This document shows positions 9,512-20,278 of a stretch of DNA of 64,000 nt, piece by piece. Under the pieces are notes generated by a model. The model ran no database searches. It worked only from the letters and a program-made list of their open reading frames with translations, and was not told the DNA's origin. Made by a program: the position numbers and the translations under genes. This stretch comes from Myxococcota bacterium (GTDB taxonomy: Bacteria > Myxococcota > UBA4151), in assembly GCA_040260805.1 (NCBI GenBank), contig JBDQPD010000004.1, positions 1-64,000 on the forward strand, in the 5' to 3' direction. Positions within the stretch are counted from its first letter, which is position 1. The number at the start of each line of letters is the position of its first letter.

Positions 9512-11413
9512 TTATCTCTTCGGAAGTTTCCAAGGCACTTCGACCGGAACGATCTCTTTGCCAGGGAAGCTTGGAAAGCGCCAACGTCGCACTTTGCCTT
9601 GAATACAACGACTAACATCCGCCCCTTTGTAGGCCTCGGTCATAATCTCTACGCTCGCTACTCGCCCACTCGGCTGAATACCAATCCGAGCCCTGAGCTC
9701 GCCGAACATCGACTGACCACGCGTCATCGCCCGACTCACACAAGCGGTGATGCCGCGTTGCCCGCGACCAATCACCTTGGCGGCGGCTTTGACATCGAGC
9801 TGCGAGGCTCGGCCTGGTGGCGTCGACACCTCTGGCAAAGGCAGCCGCACGGTTCCCAAAGCGGACTGCAGCGCGGCCATCCGCTTGAGGTCCGCACCAT
9901 TCACCTGCGCAGCTTTGCGGAGTCGTTCTTCTTCAGCTGCGGCAGGGTCTTGCTCGACCGCTACGCGAGGTGCCTTGGATCCTTTGGACCGCTTCGAGCG
10001 TGAACGGGCCTCTTTAGCCAGTTCTTGGGTCACCGCTTTGTCGGCAGCGACCAGCTTGTCTTTGATCACTTCGTCACGACACGCCCCCGTCAAGCATTCC
10101 AACATCGCTCGACCCTCAGCTGCGTTGATCGACTGACCACGGTGATAAGGTGCTACGCCTGGCTTGTCCGTGGTCTCGGAAAACTGCTCACGAGCTTTGA
10201 TCAGCGCTTCAACGGGCATCAACAAACTGAGCGCCTCTTGGGCGGTCTTGCTTCGAGCGAAGGCTTGGAATGTGGGGTGACCCGCAGGACAATCAAACCC
10301 GTCCGCGCCGGCAACCGGGCCAGCATCCGACTCGGCTTGAATCGCGGCGCAAGCGCTGAAGTTACCCCGACCTAAGCGCACCTCAACGCGACCATCTTTT
10401 AGCGCCATCATCTGCAGGGACCAACCTTTGACGATCACGAGGTCTTGATAGCTCAGATTTTCAATCACAGCGGCCGCCACAATGCTGCGCTCGCGCTGGT
10501 CGGCTCCTGCCTTCTCTCCGAGCTGCATCAGGCGAACATAGGAAGGCTGCCCTCGAGATGTGAAGGTCGCTTTCTTCATCCCTTTGGCGAAGGGGTTCGG
10601 AACCCAACCCTGGTTCATCCCCACGCCAAGTCCAACCAGGCCCAAGAGGATCACGCCAAAGATAACTCGTCGCCGACGAGCGCCTTGCTGCAGACCACTT
10701 GCCAGCAGAAACAGCCGGGTCTCCTCACCGATGGAGGACAGGGACGGCTCATTGATGAACGGCGCCGCACTTTGGGACGCAACAGACTCTTCTGCGTGAC
10801 CATCATCTTTGACCTCACGGCCGACCCAAGCCGGCTCAGCCGCTGGGTCTGACGGCATGGTAGGCACGGGCTTATCCCGCTTGGCTTCGGGTTCAACAGG
10901 CTGAGCGACGACCGGCTCTTCTGCGGCTGGCTGCGGCGGTGCAGGCTGCTCAGGGTCAACAACCGGTTCGACCGGGAGGGTCGGCGCCCGACTCGGGAGC
11001 ACCGCCTCTACCACCGAAGACACGCCTGTTTTATCCAGCAGAGTTGCCAGTTCGGGAACATCACGAAGGGGCAACCAACCGCTCATTCCCGATCGCCAGG
11101 CGTGATCCTTTGGACCAAACTCAGAGCGCTCGAGTCGTTCTTTAATCTCGAGCGTGTTCATCGGTCCTTGGCGTTCACCATCTTTCGCAAGGAACCACTC
11201 TTGAGCATCGCCAGCCGGCACTTCACCGCTCTTCGAGAGCGCCGAACGCAGGTCCTCAGCCGACATGCTATCCAGCGCGCCGATGCTTCGCTCAGGGTCC
11301 CGAACGACCATCACCCCTTTGCATTGCCGACACCGAATTTTGAGCACACGACCGCGTATGGTCTCCTCGTCGAGACTGTACTTGGTCCCACAATGCTCAC
11401 AGCGGAATTTCAT
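9512..11413 (-). CDS. AgmX/GltJ-like protein: zinc-ribbon + GYF_2 + TM + C-terminal TonB-like domain
   Basis: MKFRCEHC...IRCRQC Zn ribbon; WFLAKDGERQGPM...AWRSGMSGWLPLRDVPEL (GYF_2); Pro-rich linker; TM; ITACVSR...IQPSGRV...CIQGKVRRWRFPSF. Confidence 0.85.
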   Translation of the reverse strand: MKFRCEHCGTKYSLDEETIRGRVLKIRCRQCKGVMVVRDPERSIGALDSMSAEDLRSALSKSGEVPAGDAQEWFLAKDGERQGPMNTLEIKERLERSEFGPKDHAWRSGMSGWLPLRDVPELATLLDKTGVSSVVEAVLPSRAPTLPVEPVVDPEQPAPPQPAAEEPVVAQPVEPEAKRDKPVPTMPSDPAAEPAWVGREVKDDGHAEESVASQSAAPFINEPSLSSIGEETRLFLLASGLQQGARRRRVIFGVILLGLVGLGVGMNQGWVPNPFAKGMKKATFTSRGQPSYVRLMQLGEKAGADQRERSIVAAAVIENLSYQDLVIVKGWSLQMMALKDGRVEVRLGRGNFSACAAIQAESDAGPVAGADGFDCPAGHPTFQAFARSKTAQEALSLLMPVEALIKAREQFSETTDKPGVAPYHRGQSINAAEGRAMLECLTGACRDEVIKDKLVAADKAVTQELAKEARSRSKRSKGSKAPRVAVEQDPAAAEEERLRKAAQVNGADLKRMAALQSALGTVRLPLPEVSTPPGRASQLDVKAAAKVIGRGQRGITACVSRAMTRGQSMFGELRARIGIQPSGRVASVEIMTEAYKGADVSRCIQGKVRRWRFPSFPGKEIVPVEVPWKLPKR

Positions 11414-11628
11414 TGCGCTCCATGGGCAGCCGATCGGCAAAGCCTGCCGAGAAAGCATGAACGTCTACGACGTCGCCCGAATCCTATAGTTTACTGCCGC
11501 CTCGGAAGAAACCCCCCGAATGATCGTCATCATTCCAGTAACACAGCAACGTGCTATGCGGTTGAAGTCGGCTGAAAAAGCGGTAAAGACGATAGCCGCG
11601 GATCAACACCTGAAAAGGAGCCAAAACG

Positions 11629-12687
11629 GTGACGCTTACCATCGCTTTGGCACGCACTATGCTGATTCAAGCAGGCCTGAGCTTTGGCTTGCTTTTCTTG
11701 ACCGTGCTGATCTCACAACTGGTTCGCCTCGGTCCGTTGTTGGTAGCGGCCCTTGAAGACCCTTTGGGGTTCAGCGTTTTGCTGATCGATATCCTCCCCC
11801 GAATTATCGTCATTGCGCTCCCCTTTAGTCTTCCGCTTGGGGCGTTCTTCGCGGTCGATCGGCTCGAGAAGCGGCAACTCAGTCAAATGTTGAGCGCGCT
11901 CGGAGCCGCGCCCAGGCGCACCTGGCTCCAAGCAGCCTTACTGCTTGGTATTTGGGTCGCTGCAGCGATCACTCCAATCGCCTGGCTCGCCGAAAGCCAG
12001 GCGGCTGAAGCCTTTCCCGTCCACGCGCTCAATCTGGCGCGGCAGTCGGTGATCGCTCGCGTCAGCCCAGGACAGGTGGCTCGACTCAACGATCGTCTCG
12101 CAGTCTACGCCGGGCGAAAACTCGAGAACGGTGAGTTCGAAAACGTGACCGTATTGAGTGGGCAAGATGTGCTCAGCGGAAAACGCGGCCGCTTGACCGG
12201 CGAGGGACTTCGGCTCGAGCTGGCGGTGCAACAAGCCGAGCTCTGGCGTCACACCTCAAACGGTTTACGAAGGGCTTCAGCGAACAACCTAAGAATTGCG
12301 CTGCCCGCCTCGGGCAACATCGCCAAACACCTAGGATTCTTTCACGCTCGAGAGGCGCTGGACCCCATCCAGCTGGCGGCGACTGCTGGTGTAGGGCGCG
12401 AGGCGCGCTTGAGACGTTACACAGGCTGGCGTCGTATCTTGACTCCCCTAGTGGTGCTCTTACTTCCTGTTTTTGGCGTCGCCTGCGCGCTGATTTTACC
12501 GGCGTCGATGCGTTTGATTGGTGGCGTTTTGATCACCGTCACCTTTATCGCGCTGTACGTGATGGGTGAGGCGATCGCTGCGGCCGGTGTGCCAGCTCTT
12601 GTGGTGGCGCTTGCGCCAGCCGTCATCGCGATTGGAATCACCGTGCTGACGCTGAGGCCCGAGCGGGCTGAGGAGCACAGCACATGA
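11629..12687 (+). CDS. lptF: LPS export permease LptF
   Basis: LptF/G topology (3 TM, periplasmic domain, 3 TM), ALPFSLPLG and ALGAAP motifs; paired with the next gene. Confidence 0.72.
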   Translation: MTLTIALARTMLIQAGLSFGLLFLTVLISQLVRLGPLLVAALEDPLGFSVLLIDILPRIIVIALPFSLPLGAFFAVDRLEKRQLSQMLSALGAAPRRTWLQAALLLGIWVAAAITPIAWLAESQAAEAFPVHALNLARQSVIARVSPGQVARLNDRLAVYAGRKLENGEFENVTVLSGQDVLSGKRGRLTGEGLRLELAVQQAELWRHTSNGLRRASANNLRIALPASGNIAKHLGFFHAREALDPIQLAATAGVGREARLRRYTGWRRILTPLVVLLLPVFGVACALILPASMRLIGGVLITVTFIALYVMGEAIAAAGVPALVVALAPAVIAIGITVLTLRPERAEEHST

Positions 12688-13757
12688 GACGGCTGATCGG
12701 CGCATTATCCAGTCATCTCTACGGCGCCGTCGGGCTGTCAATCCTTGTCCTTATGACCGCCTGGCTGCTCGTCGACTTTGCCGAACTAAGTCGCCACTTT
12801 GGGCGCGCCGGTTGGGACACCGTGATCCCACTGTACACCATGCGAATGCCGGTTCTTCTGCATCGCTTGATGCCGCTTGCGCTCTTGATTGGCACGGCGC
12901 TAACCATCGGCGTTTGGGCCTCAGACCGACATTTGCAAAACGCCGCGGCGCTTGGGTTAAAGCCCTCCCACCTCCCCTTGCTTGCCGTCGCAATTTTGAG
13001 CCCTGTTGTCGCCATCTGGGGTTACGCAGGGACAGAACAAATTCCGCCACTTCACCGAGAAGAAAACCGTCTATTGTACGACAGTTATGGGATCGGTGGG
13101 CAGCATTACGGTAGCTTCCACAAACCGACAGGCTTGGTCGTCGAGAAGGACTGGTTGGTTCGGTTCAAGCCAGCAGGTCCGACGGTCATCAAAAACCTGG
13201 AAGCGGTGCGACTCAAAGACGGCAAAGTACTCGAACGAGTCAGCGCCAAAGAAGCCAGCTTGCGCGTCAATGGCTGGATCGCCAATGACGTCATGTTGAG
13301 TCAGCGAAAGGGTAACGAGGTCGAGAGTCAGAATTTTGATACGACCCCACTTCCCTTCTTTAGGACCAGCTCATCGCTTGATTACGCGATCGGTTTTCCA
13401 GATGAGTTTCAGAGCGCTTACCTCCTGACCATGGCTGAGCGCGCAGCGACCGCAGGCAGTGATCCGCGCCCTTTTATCTTCGAGCGAGAGCGGCGAATTG
13501 CTCGAGTCATGCTCTTACTTTTGATGCTCGCAGCGACCGCATTAATCTGTGCTCGAATCGGTCCGGGTGGAAGCTTTAATGTGATCATGGCTCGAGCCAC
13601 GATGATGGCTGCCGCTTACGAAGTCGCAACCTTCATAGGCGCCTCGCTAGCCCTGGTCCTTCCGCGCGGCAAAGAGTTTGCAGCGGCATGGATTCCCGTC
13701 GCTTTGGTGGTGGCGATTGCGCTGCGCGGCCTGCAACGTCTTGGACGGCTTCGCTGA
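12684..13757 (+). CDS. lptG: LPS export permease LptG
   Basis: LMPLALLIGT, AALGL, ERVSAKEA...GW periplasmic motif; ATGA overlap with lptF. Confidence 0.75.
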   Translation: MRRLIGALSSHLYGAVGLSILVLMTAWLLVDFAELSRHFGRAGWDTVIPLYTMRMPVLLHRLMPLALLIGTALTIGVWASDRHLQNAAALGLKPSHLPLLAVAILSPVVAIWGYAGTEQIPPLHREENRLLYDSYGIGGQHYGSFHKPTGLVVEKDWLVRFKPAGPTVIKNLEAVRLKDGKVLERVSAKEASLRVNGWIANDVMLSQRKGNEVESQNFDTTPLPFFRTSSSLDYAIGFPDEFQSAYLLTMAERAATAGSDPRPFIFERERRIARVMLLLLMLAATALICARIGPGGSFNVIMARATMMAAAYEVATFIGASLALVLPRGKEFAAAWIPVALVVAIALRGLQRLGRLR

Positions 13758-15586
13758 TGATTCGGCCGGGGCAACGAATCGACAACTTCCGCGTGATGGG
13801 GAAGTTAGCCAACGGGGGTATGGCAGCCGTTTATTTGGCTCGCGATATCCGAGACCGGCAGCGCTTGGTGGTGCTCAAAGTGATCCTGCCTCATCTGCGT
13901 AACAATCCCGACTATCAGGCGATGTTTGAGCGAGAAGCAGCGGTCGGTGCGTTGGTCCGGCACCCCAATGCGGTCACGGTGCATGGCTTGACCAGCTGGG
14001 ACGGTCACGCCGTCTTGGTCATGGAGTTTCTTGACGGTCGCAACCTGATCCAGGTCATCAGCGCGGCGCGTCGACGACGCCAAGCGATCTCCTTTCCAGT
14101 GGTCGCCCTGATCATCGCCAAGGTCGCTCGTGCGATGGAGCTCGCCTGGAACGTGCCCGGACCTGATGGTGAGCCGGCGCGCATTATCCATCGCGACATC
14201 AGCCCCGAAAACGTCGTCCTGACCTATGACGGCGAGGTGAAATTGGTTGATTTCGGAATCGCCAAGCACAGCCATATCGAAGGCAACACGCTCGCCGGCC
14301 AACTCAAAGGCAAATACAGCTACATGAGCCCGGAACAAATCCGGGGTGAAGTCGCCGATCACAACGCAGATCAATACGCCCAATCCGTCTTGCTCTACAT
14401 CCTGCTGACAGGCCGCAAACCCTTCGTTGCGCCCAATGACGTGGATCTACTGCGCATGATCGTGAGCGACGATCCCGTTCCTCCGTCCCAGATTGACCCC
14501 ACGGTCCCAGGAGCCCTTGAGGAAATTGCGCTGCGTGGACTTCGTAAAGCACCTGAAGCTCGGTTTAATGACCACGGCCACCTGGCAGCCAATATCGAGG
14601 ATCGATACCTCGCAACGCACAGCGCATCACACGCTGATGTACGCACGCTGATGTCCGAGCTCTTCCCTGCTGACTCGGACGCTGTACGGCGTCGCATTCA
14701 GATGCTGGTCGACGCCGAGCGGGAGGCGACCGTAACCGGCGTGTTTGCGGAGCTGCCCGAGCCCGAACCAGACCTGACAAGTCACGACGAAACGATGATC
14801 GAGATCGCCGCTCCTTCCATGCCCACAGCGAATTTTCGTGCGCTAGCTGTAGATGACAACACCTTAGAGCCTGCGCTGGAAACATCGATCGAAGAGCCAA
14901 CGATACTCTATGATCAAGACGTCAAACCGGCTGAAAAGCGACCCCCGGTTGTAGCCGCTGCCCCTGCGCCAGCTGCCCTGCCCCCGCGCACCGTAGAGCA
15001 CGACGTCGCGCTGCAGCCTCCCAGATTTCAACCCTTCAAGCCGATCGTCAAAGGTCGAGCCATTGCGCTGATCGGTCTCGCGCTAACGGCGATGGTTGCA
15101 GCGGGTTTAGCCACGGGCAAACTGGCCAACCAGCTTCGTGATGAGGGACCACAAGAACAGCTCGTGGGAACCATAGCGATCCGGTCAACAGGGGCCGATG
15201 AGCCAGCGAAGGTGCGCATCAATGGCACTGAGATCGGGACCACACCGATCGAGGTCAAACATGCGACAGGAACCTTACGATTAATGTGCAGCTTCAAAAA
15301 TCGCCGGGTCGTGGTTCGGCAACGAATCGATTTGGTCGCAGGTCGGCGCAGTCATGTCCTTTGCGAGCCCGGCCACGCCGATCTTCGAATTACCGGGCCG
15401 CGTGGGACGCGTGTCAGCATCGACGGCAAAGCGGCGGTCGCTGTTCCGGTCAGTCTTGAGCGGACGATGGAAGGTCATTATGACTTGATTTGGTCTCGGC
15501 CCGGCCGCAAACGCACCGTCGAGCGATCCATTCGGCTCAAGCCGGATGAGAAGCGCGTCATTAAACACTGGAAGGATCTCAAATGA
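13757..15586 (+). CDS. Membrane Ser/Thr protein kinase with C-terminal PEGA-like domains
   Basis: GGMAAVY, VVLK, IIHRDISPEN, DFGIAK, GKYSYMSPEQ; TM; VRINGTEIGTTP PEGA-like; start at ATG 13757 overlapping the lptG stop. Confidence 0.93.
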   Translation: MIRPGQRIDNFRVMGKLANGGMAAVYLARDIRDRQRLVVLKVILPHLRNNPDYQAMFEREAAVGALVRHPNAVTVHGLTSWDGHAVLVMEFLDGRNLIQVISAARRRRQAISFPVVALIIAKVARAMELAWNVPGPDGEPARIIHRDISPENVVLTYDGEVKLVDFGIAKHSHIEGNTLAGQLKGKYSYMSPEQIRGEVADHNADQYAQSVLLYILLTGRKPFVAPNDVDLLRMIVSDDPVPPSQIDPTVPGALEEIALRGLRKAPEARFNDHGHLAANIEDRYLATHSASHADVRTLMSELFPADSDAVRRRIQMLVDAEREATVTGVFAELPEPEPDLTSHDETMIEIAAPSMPTANFRALAVDDNTLEPALETSIEEPTILYDQDVKPAEKRPPVVAAAPAPAALPPRTVEHDVALQPPRFQPFKPIVKGRAIALIGLALTAMVAAGLATGKLANQLRDEGPQEQLVGTIAIRSTGADEPAKVRINGTEIGTTPIEVKHATGTLRLMCSFKNRRVVVRQRIDLVAGRRSHVLCEPGHADLRITGPRGTRVSIDGKAAVAVPVSLERTMEGHYDLIWSRPGRKRTVERSIRLKPDEKRVIKHWKDLK

Positions 15587-16623
15587 GTCAGTGCATCCTT
15601 GCGGTCGAGACCAGCTGCGATGAAACCGCAGCAGCGGTGCTCAAAGATGGAGAAATCGTAGCCGAAGAGATTCATACCCAAACCGATCTTCACAGCTACT
15701 ATGGTGGGGTCGTTCCGGAGCTCGCAAGCCGCGACCATGTGGCGCACGTCGGCGCAGTCTGCCAATCGGTCTTGCGCGGGCATGAGGACGATCTGGATGT
15801 GATCGCTGCGACCCGTGGTCCAGGTTTGATCGGCGGCTTGCTCGTCGGTCTGCAGTGGGCAAAAGCTTATGCCTTTGGGCGTGGACTTCCTTTTGTTGGA
15901 GTTCACCACCTAGCAGGCCATCTCGCTGCGCCTCGATTGGACCCTGAGTTTGACCTTGAACCGCCGATGGTGTGTTTGCTGATCAGCGGCGGGCATACCC
16001 AACTCTACGCCATCGAGGGCTGGGGTGCGGCGCGTTTGCTCGGCGGGACGCGCGATGATGCCGCCGGCGAGGTCTTTGACAAAGGCGCTCGATTGCTCGG
16101 TCTGGGGTACCCTGGCGGACCCGCTGTGCAAAAAGCAGCATCAACTCACCAAGGACCAAACCACCGGCTCCCACGACCGATGCTCAAGCGTGGGCTGGAG
16201 ATGAGTTTTAGTGGTCTCAAAACAGCGCTCCGGGATGAAGTTTTTCGTCGCGACGCCGAGGGGCAACTCACAGACCCAGTACGTCACGAACTGGCCTTCT
16301 CGTTGCAAGACGCCATCGTTGACGTTCTGGTCCATAAAGCGTGCGAGGCACTTCGCGAAACAGGCTACCAAAGACTGACAATCGGCGGCGGCGTCGCAGC
16401 CAACGGACCCTTGAGAGCCGCGCTGCTTGAGGCTTCAAAATTGCATGGCTTTGAGCTGTACCTGCCACCGAAAAAGTGGTGCACAGACAACGCAGCGATG
16501 ATCGCTGCAGCAGCGGCCATTCGCTACGAACAAAAGGGCGCTGATGGGTTTGAGCTTCCGGCGCGAGCGAGATGGCCATTGGTTGAAGAGTGGGACACAG
16601 CGCAGACGCGCCCGACTCCTTAG
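15583..16623 (+). CDS. tsaD: tRNA N6-adenosine threonylcarbamoyltransferase TsaD
   Basis: ETSCDETAAAV, YGGVVPELASRDH, HHLAGH, SGGHT, TRDDAAGEVFDK, GGVAAN, CTDNAAMIA. Confidence 0.98.
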   Translation: MSQCILAVETSCDETAAAVLKDGEIVAEEIHTQTDLHSYYGGVVPELASRDHVAHVGAVCQSVLRGHEDDLDVIAATRGPGLIGGLLVGLQWAKAYAFGRGLPFVGVHHLAGHLAAPRLDPEFDLEPPMVCLLISGGHTQLYAIEGWGAARLLGGTRDDAAGEVFDKGARLLGLGYPGGPAVQKAASTHQGPNHRLPRPMLKRGLEMSFSGLKTALRDEVFRRDAEGQLTDPVRHELAFSLQDAIVDVLVHKACEALRETGYQRLTIGGGVAANGPLRAALLEASKLHGFELYLPPKKWCTDNAAMIAAAAAIRYEQKGADGFELPARARWPLVEEWDTAQTRPTP

Positions 16624-16627
16624 TCAA

Positions 16628-18813
16628 TCACTCGAGCTCTGCAAGCCAGCGTTCAACGGCGGCGTCCGGTCGACCGGCTACCGCCTTGTATTTCGCGAGC
16701 AGCGCGCGCGCCCTGCTCCTGGCACCCTCGTCGCCACTCTTAAAGCTTTGATACTCAATGAGCCCAAGAGTTTTGAGCGCAAACGCGTTGCTGCTGTCCG
16801 CGGCGATAGCCGATCGAAGGTCAGACTTCGCTTTATTGGGTGAGCCTGCGCTAAAGTAAGCTTCTCCGCGCTCGGATAAGGCGATCGAGCGCTCCGCTGG
16901 AGAGATCTTTTGTTTGAGGGCTATGCTGATTAATTCGACGGCGCCATCGAGGTTTCCGTCATCACGCAACATCCGTGCGCCCTGCATTTTTTTGGCGAAA
17001 TCACCGCGCTGCAAACGACTGCGGTTGGACCGACGCACCCGACGCACCCGACGACGCCGGCGACGACGACGCTTAGCTTTCTTTCGAGGTTGCGGCTTTT
17101 CTGCAATCGGCTGAGGTTCAAGTGGTCGGTTCGGGGCTGACTCACCAGGCAGCTCGTCACCGCCGGGTGTCTCTGGCAGTTCAACCGGCGGAAGCACCGC
17201 TTGAACAGGATTTTGGAAGCGCTTCGAATAGCTGTAGGTCGAATAGGCTCCCAATCCGAAGATCACGAAACCGATGGCAGCGGCACGTAAACGCTTGAGC
17301 AGCCTCTGAGATGAACTCTCATGATCTAGCGGTTCTTCACCCCCAGGCGCTGAGGTGATCTGATCGTCATGCCCGAAGGTCCCAGTCCCCATCGCCCGAT
17401 AAGGATTCGTCGTTTGTTTCGATGACGACTTGGGTGCCTGATAAGGCGGTAAATCGGCATCGAAGGACCGATCCGTCGGGGGCATCTCATCGTCAACGTC
17501 ATCATCGAGTATCGGAGGCAGGTCATCCGGTTCAGCGAACACATCTCCGTCATCAAGAACTGGCGGGGCTTCGAACTCCCCAGTCGCATCGACAACCGGA
17601 GGTTCGCTGCCGACCAAAAGCGGCTCAAGACCCGGCGGCGAATCAGCGATTGATTCCGGCGCTTTTGTCTTAAAGTAAGTCTGCGCAGCGCTCAGCGCAT
17701 CCTCAATACCTAGGTCCAAATCAGGGAGCTGATCCCAGTCCCTGTCGACCTCTGACCAGCCTTCTTCCTTGAGCGATGCTCCGGGTAAGCCCGAAACGCC
17801 TTTGACCGCGAGCGACCAGGCGAAATCGTCCTCTAAGGATCCTTCTTTCGATGACTCAACAGGCTCGTTTTCAGACGGCTCTAAGGACGCATCAATCGCT
17901 AACCCGACCGCTCGCGACGAGCCTCGGTTAGCGATGAGAATTCCATCTTCGATAAGGGACAAAGCCCCTTCAATCGCGCGTAAGCCGCCCATGTTCCAAA
18001 GTGATTTGATGTCGCGCTTGCCATCGACGAGGCGAAAGATCCAAGCGACGTCATCGCTCAAGACGTTGAGGCGATGCAGCAACCGCTCAGGGTCGGTATC
18101 GAGCACTCCCTGGGGCGCTCGAGTCATCATCTCAGCGGTGCGCAACTCAAGCGCATCAGCCTCAGCAATATAGGACGCAGACGAGCGCAAGCTCTCTCCT
18201 TGAGGCGCTTGTTGGCGATCAAATCGGTAGCTACCCTCTCGAAGACTCAGCAAAACACACAGGGCTTCCGCGCCGGTTAGACCGCCGCAGACGACCAACC
18301 CCATCTCGCCACGTCGCATGTGGATTTGACCCGGTGCTTCTGGTGCATCAATCACCATCACCCCACTAAACAGGCTCGATGCAGCTCGAGCGAGGTCGTG
18401 ACGTAGAGAGCCTTTGGCGAGTGTTGAGCCCTGCGATAAACTGGACTGCTGAAAGTTCTCGATAATGGTTGAGATCTGACTCGCCGCTGCCGGAAACCGC
18501 AACGGGCGCTCGATGGCGTTGACGTCTTCACCGAGGTCTTCGGCCGCTTCGTCGACCAACACCATCACCGAGATACCTAGGCGATTCGCCGGCTCAATGA
18601 TGTCGCTATCGAGATCGAGTTTCTCACTTTCTCTGCCGAGGTGATCGCCGACCACCAAAACACCGTGCACGCCATCGACTGACAACACGCCCTCGAGATC
18701 GACGAAGTGATTCGGCACGGCCAGTTCGAAACCCGCCTGCCGCAAAGCAGAGTCGACGATACTGCGTTCTAGATCTGCAGGACCCACAAGGACCAGGCGC
18801 CAAATCGTACTCA
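16628..18813 (-). CDS. Degenerate receiver + DUF4388-like + acidic linker + TM + TPR protein
   Basis: Receiver-like N-terminus, GQIHMRRGEM...LTGAEALCVLLSLREGSYRF (DUF4388-like), D/E/P-rich region, TM, poly-Arg, C-terminal TPR; probable TTG start at 18813 after AGGAG. Confidence 0.72.
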
Positions 18814-19011
18814 ACGCTGCTCCTCTCCTGCGCATGCAAAGCGTGCGCGCACCTCGCGCGCGGCCGATCCATGAACGACCGACATCGACACATTCTGATC
18901 CCTGATTCACAAGGAACCAAAAAATATGCAGGCGCAAAAATCAACGATCGGGCTTTGCAAAGATTATTTCCGAGGTTAAGCGCTCTTCACTACATTGCCG
19001 GAGGGCGCACC

Positions 19012-20271
19012 ATGGGGCCCTGGGACGATCCACTCTACAATACCACTCGAGAACTGATTGTTCGCACTGCAAAGCAGGTGGGTATTGATCCAAATATCGG
19101 TGTGCGGCTTGCGCAACCTGATCGCTCGATCATCGTCAGCATCCCTTTGCGGCGCGACAACGGCGACGTCGAAGTCTACACGGGCTATCGAGTTCAACAC
19201 AACGACACCCGAGGCCCCTGCAAGGGCGGTATTCGATTCCATCCTCACGTCAACCTCGGCGAGGTGACTGCGTTGGCGACGCTGATGACCTTCAAATGCG
19301 CCGTGGTCGGCGTTCCTCTGGGTGGTGCGAAAGGCGGGATTTCGATCGATCCGACCGGGTTGAGTCGAGCCGAACTGCAGCGTCTGACGCGTCGTTACAC
19401 CACCGAAATAATTAACTTTATCGGGCCGGGCAAAGACATCCCAGCGCCTGATATGGGAACGAACCCGCAGGTGATGGCGTGGATCATGGACACCTTCAGC
19501 ATGACCAACGGGTATGCAGTTCCAGGCGTTGTGACCGGCAAACCGATCGAGCTCGGAGGAAGCCAGGGCCGTCTTCAGGCGACCGGGCGTGGTTTGGTCT
19601 ACACCGTGGTCGACGCCGCTCAGCATGTCGGGCTTGATCTCAAGGGTGCTACCGCTGCGATTCAAGGCTTCGGTAACGTCGGTTACTGGGCGGCGCGGCG
19701 ACTCGATCACCGCGGCACGAAAATCGTGGCAGCCTCTGACGTCACGGGAGCGGTCTACAACCCCAAAGGGATCGACCTGAAATCTGCCTACGTTCACATG
19801 CAAAAGCATGGTGGTATCGCTGGCTTTCCGGGTGCTGAACCCATGGACGCCGACGAGCTGCTCACGCTTGACGTTGACGTACTGATCCCGGCTGCGCTCG
19901 GCGGTGTTATCGACGCCGAGGTCGCAAAGAAGCTGCGCTGTCGCATCCTAGCTGAAGGCGCGAACGGTCCGGTGACCTCGGAAGGCGATGAGGTCTTGCG
20001 TCAACGTCAAGACGAGATCTTTGTCATCCCCGACCTCTTAGCCAACGCCGGCGGTGTGACCGTCTCATACTTTGAATGGGTCCAGGGAACGCAGAACTTC
20101 TTTTGGAGCGCCACCGAGGTCAACAAGCGACTGCAGACGATCATGGTCACGGCCTTCAAGCAGATCCTCAAAGTCCATAAGACCGAAGGCTTAGACATGC
20201 GCTCGGCGGCGATGGCGGTCGGCATGCGACGGGTGAGCGAAGCGATGCTGCTCCGCGGTCTGTTCCCGTAG
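19012..20271 (+). CDS. gdhA: Glu/Leu/Phe/Val dehydrogenase (glutamate dehydrogenase)
   Basis: GYRVQH, KGGIRFHP, GGAKGG, DIPAPDMGT, VVTGKP, IQGFGNVG, EGANGP, NAGGVTVSYFEW; start after GGAGG. Confidence 0.95.
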   Translation: MGPWDDPLYNTTRELIVRTAKQVGIDPNIGVRLAQPDRSIIVSIPLRRDNGDVEVYTGYRVQHNDTRGPCKGGIRFHPHVNLGEVTALATLMTFKCAVVGVPLGGAKGGISIDPTGLSRAELQRLTRRYTTEIINFIGPGKDIPAPDMGTNPQVMAWIMDTFSMTNGYAVPGVVTGKPIELGGSQGRLQATGRGLVYTVVDAAQHVGLDLKGATAAIQGFGNVGYWAARRLDHRGTKIVAASDVTGAVYNPKGIDLKSAYVHMQKHGGIAGFPGAEPMDADELLTLDVDVLIPAALGGVIDAEVAKKLRCRILAEGANGPVTSEGDEVLRQRQDEIFVIPDLLANAGGVTVSYFEWVQGTQNFFWSATEVNKRLQTIMVTAFKQILKVHKTEGLDMRSAAMAVGMRRVSEAMLLRGLFP

Positions 20272-20278
20272 CGGCTCT

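Noticed and set aside
18814..19011. Overlapping N-terminal extensions of the divergent DUF4388-like gene and gdhA
   Set aside because: RBS-supported starts at 18813 and 19012 leave a normal divergent promoter gap. The same reasoning trimmed the starts of typA, nqrA, nfeD, the kinase and the BMC-P genes.
18976..19809. 277-aa minus-strand ORF
   Set aside because: Antisense shadow of gdhA, a common GC-bias effect.
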